64,000 nt of DNA from assembly GCA_017528045.1 (NCBI GenBank), contig JAFXPG010000014.1, positions 68,414 to 132,413 on the forward strand. Direction: 5' to 3'. Source of the stretch: Alphaproteobacteria bacterium (GTDB taxonomy: Bacteria > Pseudomonadota > Alphaproteobacteria > Rs-D84). Made by a program: the position numbers and the translations under genes. The notes beneath the pieces are model-generated. The model searched no databases, had not been told where the DNA came from, and saw only the letters and a program-made list of their open reading frames with translations. Each line of letters opens with the position of its first letter. Within the stretch, counting starts at the first letter, position 1. Below are positions 9,167 to 18,975 of the stretch, one piece after another.

Positions 9167-12100
9167 ATGGCAGTTATCCAGAAACTTAGAAAATCTTTTG
9201 GTAAAAGTTTTTTGCAAACTCCGCTTCCTGATTTGGTTGAAATTCAGTATAATTCTTACAGAGACTTTTTACAGGCAGATGTAGCCCCAGAAAATAGAAA
9301 AAATATGGGATTGCAAAATGTATTCAAATCCATGTTCCCAATTAAAGATTATGCGGGAATTGCTGATTTGGAATTCATTGAATATACATTGGATAAGCCT
9401 GTGTATAATGTTCAAGAATGTATGTTGCGTAATATGACATATTCCAGCAAACTGAAATTGAAGCTGAGATTGATTTTATGGGATATCGCAGAAGATGGTA
9501 AAAAGACACTGCGTGATATCAAAGAACAAGAAATATTCATGGGCGAAGTTCCATTAATGACAGAACGCGGCAGCTTTATTGCAGCTGGTGTGGAACGTGT
9601 AGTAGTATCACAAATGCACCGTGCCCAAGGTGTGGTATTTGGAACAACAAAAGAAGCAAAAGTTGCTGGAAATCCAGAAACCTATACAGGTCGTATTATT
9701 CCAGAACATGGATCTTGGATTGATTTTGAAGAATCCAGAGGTGTTATTTACGTTCGTATTGACCGCAGACGTAAAATACCTGCAACAGTTTTGTTACGTT
9801 GTTTACCTTCTAAAGAAGATGAAAAGAAATTTGCAGCTGATCCACGTAAACCAACAATCAATGGTATGAGCCCAGAAGAAATTTTGGGAACTTTCTATAA
9901 ACAAATATCATTGTCTTTTGATGGTAAATTATGGACAGGTAGCTTAGATTCTTTTGAAGGATTAGAAAAATATCGTTTGAATTATGATTTAATTAATCCA
10001 AAAGATAAAAAAGTTTTGGCCAATAAAGGTGATCGTTTGAATGCTAAACGTTTGTCTAAATTGATGGCGACATCAAAGACTTTTGGTATAGAACGCGATG
10101 CTTTAATTGGTGAATATTTGTTCAGTGCTGTTAAAAACGGTGAAGAAGTTTTATTTAGTGAAGGAACAGAAATTACAGAAGAAGTATTAAATGAATTGGA
10201 AAAATTAGGTGTTAAAAACATCTCTTTGATTGCAATTGATAATACTACTGTTACTGCTCATATGCGTAACACATTAATAGCCGATAAAACAACAACACGT
10301 GAAGAAGCTTTGGTTGCTATTTATGATTTAGTACGTCCAGGTGAACGTCCAACATTAGAAGCAGCAATTAATTTATTCTTGCGTCAAGGTTTCGATCCTG
10401 CATATTATGATTTATCTGCAGTTGGTCGTTTTAAAATGAATAAACGTTTAAGAATTGATTCTGGTAAAAAACCAGAAGATGAACGTACTTTGACAAAAGC
10501 AGATTTCTTGGCAGTGTTGAAGACTTTAACAAATATTATCGATCATAAAGATGTAATTGATGATATTGATAATTTATCTAACCGTCGTGTTCGTGCCGTT
10601 GGTGAATTGTTTGAACAAACTTTCCGTACAGGTATGTTACGTATTGAAAGATTAGTTCGTGAAAGTTTGACATCTCCAAATATTGCAACAATGCAACCTC
10701 AAGATGTTATTAATGCAAAACCTTTGATGGCTTTGATTTCTGAATTCTTGGGAACATCTCAATTGTCTCAATTTATGGATTCTTACAATCCTTTGGCTGA
10801 AGTAGAACATAAACGTTTGATTTCTGCTTTGGGTCCTGGTGGTTTGAACCGTGAACGTGCAGGTATCGATGTTCGAGACGTTCATCCTACTCATTATGGA
10901 AGATTGTGTCCTATCCATACACCAGAAGGTGCAAATATTGGTTTGATTTCACACTTGGCATCTTATGCTCGTGTAAATCCTTATGGATTCATTGAAACAC
11001 CATACTATGTTGTTAAAAACAGTAAAATTACCGATGAAATGGTATATTTAACTGCTGATGAAGAATTGGGTCATAAAATTGCCCAAGGTAATACACCTAC
11101 AACATCTGCTGGTGTTCTTGCTGAAGATATGGTTACAGCACGTGTAGATGGCGAATTTACAATGGTTCCAAAAGATGAAATCGATTTAATCGACGTGGCT
11201 CCTCGTCAGGTAGTATCTATTGCAACAGGATTAATTCCTTTCGTTGCTAATGACGACGCGAACCGTGCATTGATGGGATCAAACATGCAACGTCAGGGTG
11301 TACCTTTAATGCGTGTAGAAGCACCATTAGTAGGTACAGGTATTGAACGCGAAGTTGCACGTGATTCTCGTACTGGTAAAGTTGCAAAACATAGCGGTAT
11401 TGTTGAATCTGTTGATGCAAATCGTATTGTTGTAAAATGTATGAATTCTCGCAATGTTGTAACAGGTGTAGATATTTATAATTTGGAAAAATTTGGTCGT
11501 TCAAATGGTGAAACTTTAATTCATCAAAAACCATTGGTTCATGTTGGGGATAAAATCTCTGCTGGAGATATCATTGCAGACGGTTCTTCTATGAATTATG
11601 GTGAATTAGCTTTGGGACGCAATGTATTGGTTGCTTTTGTTCCATGGCGTGGATATAACTATGAAGACGCTATTGTTATTTCTGAACGTATTTCACGTCA
11701 AGATGTTTTCACTTCTATCAAGATTGTAGAAAAGGAAATCAAATTACGTGATACACAACTTGGTCCAGAAAGCTTTACTCGTGATATTCCAAATGTTGGT
11801 GAAGAAGCACTTAAGAATTTGGATGAATCCGGTATCATTTATGTTGGTGCACGTGTAAAACAAGGCGATATTTTGGTTGGTCGTGTTTCTCCTAAATCTG
11901 AAACATTGTTAACACCAGAAGAAGCTTTGTTACGTAATATCTTTGGTGAAAAAGCATTAAACGTAAAAGATACTTCTTTGAAAGTAGGACCAAATGAAGA
12001 AGGTACAGTTATTGGTGTGAATGTTTTAACACGTCATGGTGTTAAAAAAGACGACAGAACACAAATGATTGAATTGCAGAAAATCGAAAAAATCAACAAA

Positions 12101-13303
12101 GATCGTGAAGAAGAAACAAATATTGTTGAAAACGGTTTTGCTGATCAGGTTTTCCAATTGGCTGAAAATCAAACAATTTCTGCTGGTACAGGCAGTTTGA
12201 AACCTTTTGTTGGTAAAAAATTAACTGCTGAAGTGTTTGAAGGAATCAAAGCTTCTGATATGAAGAAATTGGTTGTTTCTAACAAAGAAATCCAAGCAAA
12301 AATTGATGAATTGCGTGAACAACAATTGTTGAAATTGAAAGAATTAAACGAACGTGCTGACGCAGAAATCACAAAAGCCACAGAAACCACAACTTTGGGT
12401 GCTGGTGTTCTGAAAGAAGTTAAAGTTTACATCGCTCATAAAATGAAATTGCAACCTGGTGATAAAATGGCTGGACGTCATGGAAACAAAGGTATCGTTT
12501 CTAAGGTTGTTCCTATTGAAGATATGCCTCATATGGAAGATGGAACACCTGTTGATATCGTTTTGAATCCATTAGGTGTGCCAAGCCGTATGAATATCGG
12601 TCAGATATTTGAAACTCACCTTGGTATGGCAGCCCGTGCTTTGGGTCAGCAAATCGGCGAAGTTTTGGAAGAAGTAAAACAAAAACGCGCTGTAACAGAT
12701 GATTTGCGTAATATAATGGGTAAAATTTATGGCAAACAAGTTGCTGAAAAATTGGAAAAAATGACTGATACAGATGTTCGTGCAGAAGCGGCATTGTTGA
12801 AAGATGGTGTTCCAATGGCAACTCCTACATTCGATGGTGCAACACCAGAAGAAATCAAAGCAATGTTGAAATTGGCTAAATTACCAGAATCTGGACAATT
12901 TACATTGTATGATGGTATTACTGGTGAAAAATTTGCTCGTCCAGTTACAGTTGGTGTAATGTACATGATGAAATTGCATCACTTGGTTGATGAAAAGATT
13001 CATGCTCGTTCAACTGGTAATTACTCTTTGGTCACACAACAACCATTGTCTGGTAAAGCACACTTTGGTGGTCAGAGACTTGGAGAAATGGAAGTTTGGG
13101 CATTGGAAGCACACGGTGCAGCACACTTGTTGCGCGAAATGTTAACTGTTAAATCTGACGATATTGTTGGAAGAAATAAGATGTATGAAGCAATTATTTC
13201 TGGAAACAACGATATTCAAACAGGAACACCAGAAGCATTTAACGTTTTGGTACGTGAATTGCGTGGTTTAGGTTTAGCATTAACACCTAAGAAAATTGAT
13301 TAG
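9167..13303 (+). CDS. rpoB: DNA-directed RNA polymerase beta subunit
   Basis: Full-length RpoB. Start placed at MAVIQKLRKSFGK (ATG 9167 with an AAAGGA RBS). The track start at 9110 adds an implausible extension. Confidence 0.95.
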   Translation: MAVIQKLRKSFGKSFLQTPLPDLVEIQYNSYRDFLQADVAPENRKNMGLQNVFKSMFPIKDYAGIADLEFIEYTLDKPVYNVQECMLRNMTYSSKLKLKLRLILWDIAEDGKKTLRDIKEQEIFMGEVPLMTERGSFIAAGVERVVVSQMHRAQGVVFGTTKEAKVAGNPETYTGRIIPEHGSWIDFEESRGVIYVRIDRRRKIPATVLLRCLPSKEDEKKFAADPRKPTINGMSPEEILGTFYKQISLSFDGKLWTGSLDSFEGLEKYRLNYDLINPKDKKVLANKGDRLNAKRLSKLMATSKTFGIERDALIGEYLFSAVKNGEEVLFSEGTEITEEVLNELEKLGVKNISLIAIDNTTVTAHMRNTLIADKTTTREEALVAIYDLVRPGERPTLEAAINLFLRQGFDPAYYDLSAVGRFKMNKRLRIDSGKKPEDERTLTKADFLAVLKTLTNIIDHKDVIDDIDNLSNRRVRAVGELFEQTFRTGMLRIERLVRESLTSPNIATMQPQDVINAKPLMALISEFLGTSQLSQFMDSYNPLAEVEHKRLISALGPGGLNRERAGIDVRDVHPTHYGRLCPIHTPEGANIGLISHLASYARVNPYGFIETPYYVVKNSKITDEMVYLTADEELGHKIAQGNTPTTSAGVLAEDMVTARVDGEFTMVPKDEIDLIDVAPRQVVSIATGLIPFVANDDANRALMGSNMQRQGVPLMRVEAPLVGTGIEREVARDSRTGKVAKHSGIVESVDANRIVVKCMNSRNVVTGVDIYNLEKFGRSNGETLIHQKPLVHVGDKISAGDIIADGSSMNYGELALGRNVLVAFVPWRGYNYEDAIVISERISRQDVFTSIKIVEKEIKLRDTQLGPESFTRDIPNVGEEALKNLDESGIIYVGARVKQGDILVGRVSPKSETLLTPEEALLRNIFGEKALNVKDTSLKVGPNEEGTVIGVNVLTRHGVKKDDRTQMIELQKIEKINKDREEETNIVENGFADQVFQLAENQTISAGTGSLKPFVGKKLTAEVFEGIKASDMKKLVVSNKEIQAKIDELREQQLLKLKELNERADAEITKATETTTLGAGVLKEVKVYIAHKMKLQPGDKMAGRHGNKGIVSKVVPIEDMPHMEDGTPVDIVLNPLGVPSRMNIGQIFETHLGMAARALGQQIGEVLEEVKQKRAVTDDLRNIMGKIYGKQVAEKLEKMTDTDVRAEAALLKDGVPMATPTFDGATPEEIKAMLKLAKLPESGQFTLYDGITGEKFARPVTVGVMYMMKLHHLVDEKIHARSTGNYSLVTQQPLSGKAHFGGQRLGEMEVWALEAHGAAHLLREMLTVKSDDIVGRNKMYEAIISGNNDIQTGTPEAFNVLVRELRGLGLALTPKKID

Positions 13304-13376
13304 TGGCCCGGCCACAGGCGGAAAACCGCCTGCCGGCCACAAGGCACTTTTAGTGACGTAAAAGGAGCAAAAACAC

Positions 13377-16300
13377 ATGACAAATATGTTGCAAAAGATA
13401 TTTGGACAAATAGAAACCAAGGAACAATTTGATGCTTTGCGTATTTCTATTGCGTCCCCAGAAGAAATTCTGTCTTGGTCGCATGGCGAAGTAAAAAAAC
13501 CAGAAACCATCAATTATCATTCCTTGAAACCAGAAGTTGAAGGTTTGTTCTGTCAACAAATTTTCGGACCTGTAAAAGATTATGAATGCGCTTGCGGAAA
13601 ATATAAACGTATTAAATTCCGTGGTGTCGTTTGTGAACGTTGCGGTGTAGAAGTTGGATCTTCTGCTGTACGTCGTGAACGTATGGGTCATATTAAATTG
13701 GCAATTCCTGTCGCGCATACTTGGTTTTTACGCGAAGGTAAAATTGCAACTTTGTTGAATAATTTACCTCAGAAAAAATTAGAACAAGTTATTTCTTATG
13801 ATGCTTATATTGTTACAGAACCTGGTTTAACAAGTTTAAAACAATATGATGTTATCAGTGAAGATGAATACCAAGCAGCCATAGAAGAATTTGGTGAAGA
13901 TTCTTTCCATGTAGGTATTGGTGCAGAAGGTATTCGTTCTATTATCTCTAATTTAGATATGGGTGATGAAAGAACACGTTTGCGTGCTGAATTGGCTGAA
14001 ACAAAATCAGAAGCAAAACGTAAATCTATCATTAAACAATTAAAATTGGTTGAAGCATTTTTAGATTCTAAAACAGAACCAGCATGGATGTTGCCAGATG
14101 TTTTACCTGTGATTCCACCAGATATGCGTCCTTTGGTAACTTTGGATGCTGGTCACGTTGCAGCATCTGATTTGAACGATTTGTATCGTCGTGTAATTAT
14201 TCGTAACAATCGTTTGAAAAGATTTATGGAAATGCATGCTCCAGAAATCATCGTACGTAATGAAAAACGTATGTTGCAAGAAGCAGTAGATTCATTGTTT
14301 GATAATGGACATAAAGCACGTCCAATGGTTTCTCAAAACCGTCGTCCTTTGAAATCTTTATCTGATTCTTTACGTGGTAAATCTGGTCGTTTCCGTATGA
14401 ATATGTTGGGTAAACGTGTAGATTATTCTGGACGTAGTGTTATTACACCTGGACCAACATTACGTATGCACCAAGTTGGTTTACCAAAAACAATGGCATT
14501 GGAATTGTTCAAACCATTTGTGTTTGCTAAATTATTAGCTGGTGATTATGCTAATACTTTGAAAACAGCACGTAAAATGGTTGAAAATGGTGAAGATATT
14601 GTATGGGAAATTTTGGAAAAAGTTATTTACCAACATCCTGTATTGTTAAATCGTGCTCCATCTTTGCACAGATTGTCTTTGATTGCATTTGAACCTGTTT
14701 TGATTGAAGGTAAAGCTATCCGTTTACACCCATTGGTATGTAAAGGCTTTAATGCTGACTTTGACGGTGACCAGATGTCTGTTCACGTTCCAATTTCATT
14801 GGAAGCTCAACTTGAAGCTCGTACATTGATGTTATCTACAAATAACGTTTTGTCACCAGCTAATGGTGAACCAATGACAGTTCCAACACAAGACATGGTA
14901 TTGGGTGTTTACTACATTTCTTTGATTAATGGTGAACACGATGAAAAGAAATCTCCACGTTTTGCAAATATGGACGAAGTCGAATTAGCTTTAGAAAATA
15001 AAACAATCACATTACATACACCTATTTATGCTCGTGTAAAAGGTAAAACTTATGCTACAACAGCTGGTCGTATGATTTTGGGACAATTGTTACCAGATGG
15101 TATGCCTTTTGATTCTGTAAACAAAGTTATACCAGCAGGTGAAATCAAAAAATTATTAGCAAAAACTTATGAAGTTTGTGGTGATAAAGCGATGATCTTG
15201 TTGGCTGACGCTTTGAAAGATACAGGATTTGAACAAGCTGCACGCAGTGGTATTTCAATTGGTTTTGATGATATCGTTATTCCTGCTGAAAAAGAAGCTA
15301 TGATTGCTAAATCTGAAAAAGCAGCAGCAGAAATTGAAAATCAATATCAAAACGGTTTGTTATCCAGTGGTGAACGTCATAATAAATTGATTGACTTGTG
15401 GCAACATACAACTGATGAATTGGGTAATTTATCATTTGCAGCATTGGGTAAATCTGAAGGCGACAAATGGAATTCTATCTATATGATGGCTGATTCTAAG
15501 GCTCGTGGTTCAAAAGGTCAGATTCAACAGTTAGCTGGTATGCGTGGTATGATGCAGAAACCAGACGGTTCTATTATCGAAGTTCCTATTATTTCGAACT
15601 TTAAAGAAGGTTTAACCATGTCTGAATACTTTACATCTACCCACGGTGCTCGTAAAGGTATGTCAGATACTGCTTTGAAAACCGCATCTGCTGGTTACTT
15701 AACACGTCGTTTAGTTGATTTGGCTATTAATACAGTAATTACAGAACATGATTGTGGAACACACGAATTTATTACAGCTAAACCTGTATATCAAGGTTCT
15801 ACATTAACAGTTGCTTTGGGTGATGTTGTTTTGGGCCGTACAGCTGCTCATGATATTATTCATCCTTTGACAAAAGAAGTGATAGTTCCTGCTGGTGAAT
15901 TAATTACAAAAGCAGCAGCACGTCAAATTAATGAATCTGGATTGCCAAGTGTTGATGTTCGCAGTGTTTTAACATGTCAAAGTGACGGTTTGTGTGCAAA
16001 ATGTTATGGTATGGATTTGTCCAGAAATGCATTGGTACACGTTGGGGAACCTGTTGGTTTGATTGCTGGTCAATCAATTGGTGAACCTGGAACTCAGTTG
16101 ACTTTGCGTACCTTCCATATTGGTGGTATTGCAGAAGGTGGTTCAGAAGCTCACTTTATAGAAATGCCAGTTGCAGGAACAATTAAATTAGATGGTGTTA
16201 ATACAATTACAAATTCTGCTGGTCGTGTTGTGGTATTATCACGTACTGGTAAAATTGCTGTTGTAGACACAGAAGGCAAAGAATTGTTCACTGTAGCATT

Positions 16301-17483
16301 ACCATATGCTTCTATGTTATTGGTAAATGACGGTGATAAAGTTGAAAAAGGACAAAAGGTAGCAGAATGGGATCCTTATTCAAATACAATTATTGCTGAA
16401 AAAGATGGTATTGTATCTTTCAATGATTTGATTGAAAATGTTTCTTATCAAGAAGAAGTTGATTCTATGACAGGTATCGTTTCCCGTAAAGTTATTAACT
16501 GGAAAACAAATACCAAGAAAGCATTGAATCCATCTATCCGTTTGGTTGATGACAAAGGAAATGTGATTTCTTTGGGTGGTAAGAAAATTGCAGAATATTT
16601 ATTACCAACATATTCAACTTTGAATGTATCTAATGGTGATAAAATACATGCTGGTGATGTGTTGGCACGTATACCTGTTCAATCTAAGAAAACAGGCGAT
16701 ATTACCGGTGGATTACCACGTGTTGAAGAATTGTTAGAAATTCGTCGTCCTGCAAATCCTGCTTTGTTAGCAGAAATTGATGGTACAGTTGAATTAGAAG
16801 ATGCAAAATCTAAGATTATTATTCGTATTGAACCATCTGACGGAACGGCTCCTGTTGAATATGCTGTGCCAAAGGGAACTAATTTGTTGGTTCGCAGTGG
16901 TGATGTTGTTCGCAAAGCTGATAAATTGGTTGATGGTGATCCAATTCCACAAGATATCTTGCGTATTTTGGGTCAAAAAGCATTGGCACAATTTATGGTT
17001 GAACAAGTTCAACAAGTTTACCGTTTACAGGGTGTGTCAATCAATGACAAACACATTGAAATTTTGATACGTGAAATGACACGTCGTGTAGAAATCAGCA
17101 ACCCAGGTGATACTGCGTTCTTAAGTGGACAAGTTATCGACCGTGTTGATTTTGAAGAAGAAAACGCACGTGTTGCAAAAGATGGTGGTCGTGTTGCCGA
17201 AGCTTCTCAAGTTTTGGTTGGTTTGACACGTGCATCATTAACTTCACGTTCATTTATATCCAATGCATCGTTCCAACAAACAACAAAAGTATTGGTAGAT
17301 GCAGCAATCAGTGGTTCAACTGATAAATTAATCGGTGTGAATGAAAACTTGATTGTTGGTCGCTTGATACCAATTGGAACAGGTGCTTATGTACGTCGCG
17401 TTCGTGAAATTGCAAAAGAAGAAGAAAAAGCCGAAAAATTGGCTCGCGAAGGTGGCGAACAACAACAATTGTTGGATATTTAA
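13377..17483 (+). CDS. rpoC: DNA-directed RNA polymerase beta-prime subunit
   Basis: NADFDGDQM catalytic motif and a zinc-binding Cys cluster near the N-terminus. Confidence 0.97.
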   Translation: MTNMLQKIFGQIETKEQFDALRISIASPEEILSWSHGEVKKPETINYHSLKPEVEGLFCQQIFGPVKDYECACGKYKRIKFRGVVCERCGVEVGSSAVRRERMGHIKLAIPVAHTWFLREGKIATLLNNLPQKKLEQVISYDAYIVTEPGLTSLKQYDVISEDEYQAAIEEFGEDSFHVGIGAEGIRSIISNLDMGDERTRLRAELAETKSEAKRKSIIKQLKLVEAFLDSKTEPAWMLPDVLPVIPPDMRPLVTLDAGHVAASDLNDLYRRVIIRNNRLKRFMEMHAPEIIVRNEKRMLQEAVDSLFDNGHKARPMVSQNRRPLKSLSDSLRGKSGRFRMNMLGKRVDYSGRSVITPGPTLRMHQVGLPKTMALELFKPFVFAKLLAGDYANTLKTARKMVENGEDIVWEILEKVIYQHPVLLNRAPSLHRLSLIAFEPVLIEGKAIRLHPLVCKGFNADFDGDQMSVHVPISLEAQLEARTLMLSTNNVLSPANGEPMTVPTQDMVLGVYYISLINGEHDEKKSPRFANMDEVELALENKTITLHTPIYARVKGKTYATTAGRMILGQLLPDGMPFDSVNKVIPAGEIKKLLAKTYEVCGDKAMILLADALKDTGFEQAARSGISIGFDDIVIPAEKEAMIAKSEKAAAEIENQYQNGLLSSGERHNKLIDLWQHTTDELGNLSFAALGKSEGDKWNSIYMMADSKARGSKGQIQQLAGMRGMMQKPDGSIIEVPIISNFKEGLTMSEYFTSTHGARKGMSDTALKTASAGYLTRRLVDLAINTVITEHDCGTHEFITAKPVYQGSTLTVALGDVVLGRTAAHDIIHPLTKEVIVPAGELITKAAARQINESGLPSVDVRSVLTCQSDGLCAKCYGMDLSRNALVHVGEPVGLIAGQSIGEPGTQLTLRTFHIGGIAEGGSEAHFIEMPVAGTIKLDGVNTITNSAGRVVVLSRTGKIAVVDTEGKELFTVALPYASMLLVNDGDKVEKGQKVAEWDPYSNTIIAEKDGIVSFNDLIENVSYQEEVDSMTGIVSRKVINWKTNTKKALNPSIRLVDDKGNVISLGGKKIAEYLLPTYSTLNVSNGDKIHAGDVLARIPVQSKKTGDITGGLPRVEELLEIRRPANPALLAEIDGTVELEDAKSKIIIRIEPSDGTAPVEYAVPKGTNLLVRSGDVVRKADKLVDGDPIPQDILRILGQKALAQFMVEQVQQVYRLQGVSINDKHIEILIREMTRRVEISNPGDTAFLSGQVIDRVDFEEENARVAKDGGRVAEASQVLVGLTRASLTSRSFISNASFQQTTKVLVDAAISGSTDKLIGVNENLIVGRLIPIGTGAYVRRVREIAKEEEKAEKLAREGGEQQQLLDI

Positions 17484-17635
17484 TAACAACGCAAAATATG
17501 CCCGATATTTCTGATTATTGGATGTGTCGGGCATAAATATTGTGCAAGAGAAAACAAAAGATGCTTTTAGATTTTTTACTTGCAAATAACGAATAATTGA
17601 ATAGAATTAAGTTAATCAAATAAAAGGATTGTAAA

Positions 17636-17785
17636 ATGGCAACTCCAAAAAGTAAAACAAGTAAAGCACGTTCTGCACAACGTCGTTCACATGATGCTTT
17701 GTCAGTAATGCCTGTATCTGTATGCAAAAAATGTGGCGAAAAGAAACGTCCACATCATGTTTGCCCTGCATGCGGATCTAAATAA
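17636..17785 (+). CDS. rpmF: 50S ribosomal protein L32
   Basis: Hand-translated 49 aa: MATPKSKTSKARSAQRRSHDALSVMPVSVCKKCGEKKRPHHVCPACGSK. Below the track size cut-off. Canonical position before plsX. Confidence 0.9.
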   Translation: MATPKSKTSKARSAQRRSHDALSVMPVSVCKKCGEKKRPHHVCPACGSK

Positions 17786-17850
17786 TAATTAAACAAAGGG
17801 AATTAAAAGGGCAGGGTTGTTTGAACCTAAAGCCCTTTTTTTATATAAAA

Positions 17851-18924
17851 ATGTCTGAATCCAAAAGAGTAATCTCAGTTGATGCAATGGGCGGTGACCA
17901 TGCTCCTATGGCTGTGTTGGGTGGTATGAACCAATTTTTATACCAAAATGGCGAAGATATTGTTTTCTTTCGAGTTTTTGGAAATGAAAGAATATTGCGT
18001 TCTTTGTTGAAAAAATATCCACGTGTTGCACGTAATTGTGAAATAATAAACGCAAACGAAGTTATTTCAGGAACAGATAAAGTTCGTGATGTTATTCGTC
18101 ATGCACAAGATACATCTATGTATATGGCTGTAAAAGATGTGCGCGATGGTAATTCAGAAGCTGTTGTATCTGCTGGAAATACAGGGGTTTTAATGGCTTT
18201 ATCTAAATTGGCATTAAAAACGGTAGATGGAATATCAAGACCTGCTATTACAACAATGTTGCCTTCTGGAAATGGCGATACACGTGTTGTTGGTTTGGAT
18301 TTAGGTGCTAATGTTTTATGTGATGAAGAAATATTATTTGATTTTTCTATTTTGGGCAGTGTTTATGCAGAAATTATAGGTGGTATGAAACGTCCAAAGG
18401 TTGGAATTTTAAATATTGGTGCCGAAGAAACAAAAGGTATGGATAAATTACAACGCTTAAATAAAGTTTTGATGGAACATATTGATGAATTACCTTATGA
18501 ATATATTGGATTTGTAGAAGGTAATGATGTTACTGCTGGAAATGTGCAAGTTGTTGTCACAGATGGCTTTACAGGCAATGTAATGTTAAAAACAGTAGAA
18601 GGAACCGCTAAAATGATTTCGCGTGTTGTAAAGGCAAATTACAAGCGTTCTTGGCTGGCTATATTGGGAACATTCTTTTTGATACATTTATTTAAAAGAT
18701 TAAAACATAAAATTGATCCAAGATCTTATGCTGGTGCTGTATTTTTAGGACTTAATGGATTTTCTATTAAAACCCATGGAAACAGTGATGCTTTGTCTTG
18801 GGCAAATGCATTAGAATATGCATTGAATTTATCTAAATCTGATTTCTATGGTAAGATACGTGAAAGAACAACAGCTTTATCTGGAATAAAAGAAGAAATA
18901 AAAAATCTAGAGAAAGGTGAATAA
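17851..18924 (+). CDS. plsX: phosphate acyltransferase PlsX
   Basis: RVISVDAMGGDHAP...GFTGNVMLKT. Start placed at MSESKR (17851). Confidence 0.9.
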   Translation: MSESKRVISVDAMGGDHAPMAVLGGMNQFLYQNGEDIVFFRVFGNERILRSLLKKYPRVARNCEIINANEVISGTDKVRDVIRHAQDTSMYMAVKDVRDGNSEAVVSAGNTGVLMALSKLALKTVDGISRPAITTMLPSGNGDTRVVGLDLGANVLCDEEILFDFSILGSVYAEIIGGMKRPKVGILNIGAEETKGMDKLQRLNKVLMEHIDELPYEYIGFVEGNDVTAGNVQVVVTDGFTGNVMLKTVEGTAKMISRVVKANYKRSWLAILGTFFLIHLFKRLKHKIDPRSYAGAVFLGLNGFSIKTHGNSDALSWANALEYALNLSKSDFYGKIRERTTALSGIKEEIKNLEKGE

Positions 18925-18940
18925 TTAAAAAAATAATTGT

Positions 18941-18972
18941 AAAAAAAAACCGCCACTTCGGCGGTTTTTTTG
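18941..18972. terminator. bidirectional rho-independent terminator
   Basis: A-run, CCGCC-ACTTC-GGCGG hairpin, T-run. Lies between the convergent plsX and the 804-aa gene. Confidence 0.8.
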
Positions 18973-18975
18973 TTT

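Noticed and set aside
9621-17067. Numerous 60-120-aa ORFs on both strands inside rpoB and rpoC, and similar ones inside other long genes
   Set aside because: They are shadow ORFs within strongly supported conserved genes and have no independent signals.
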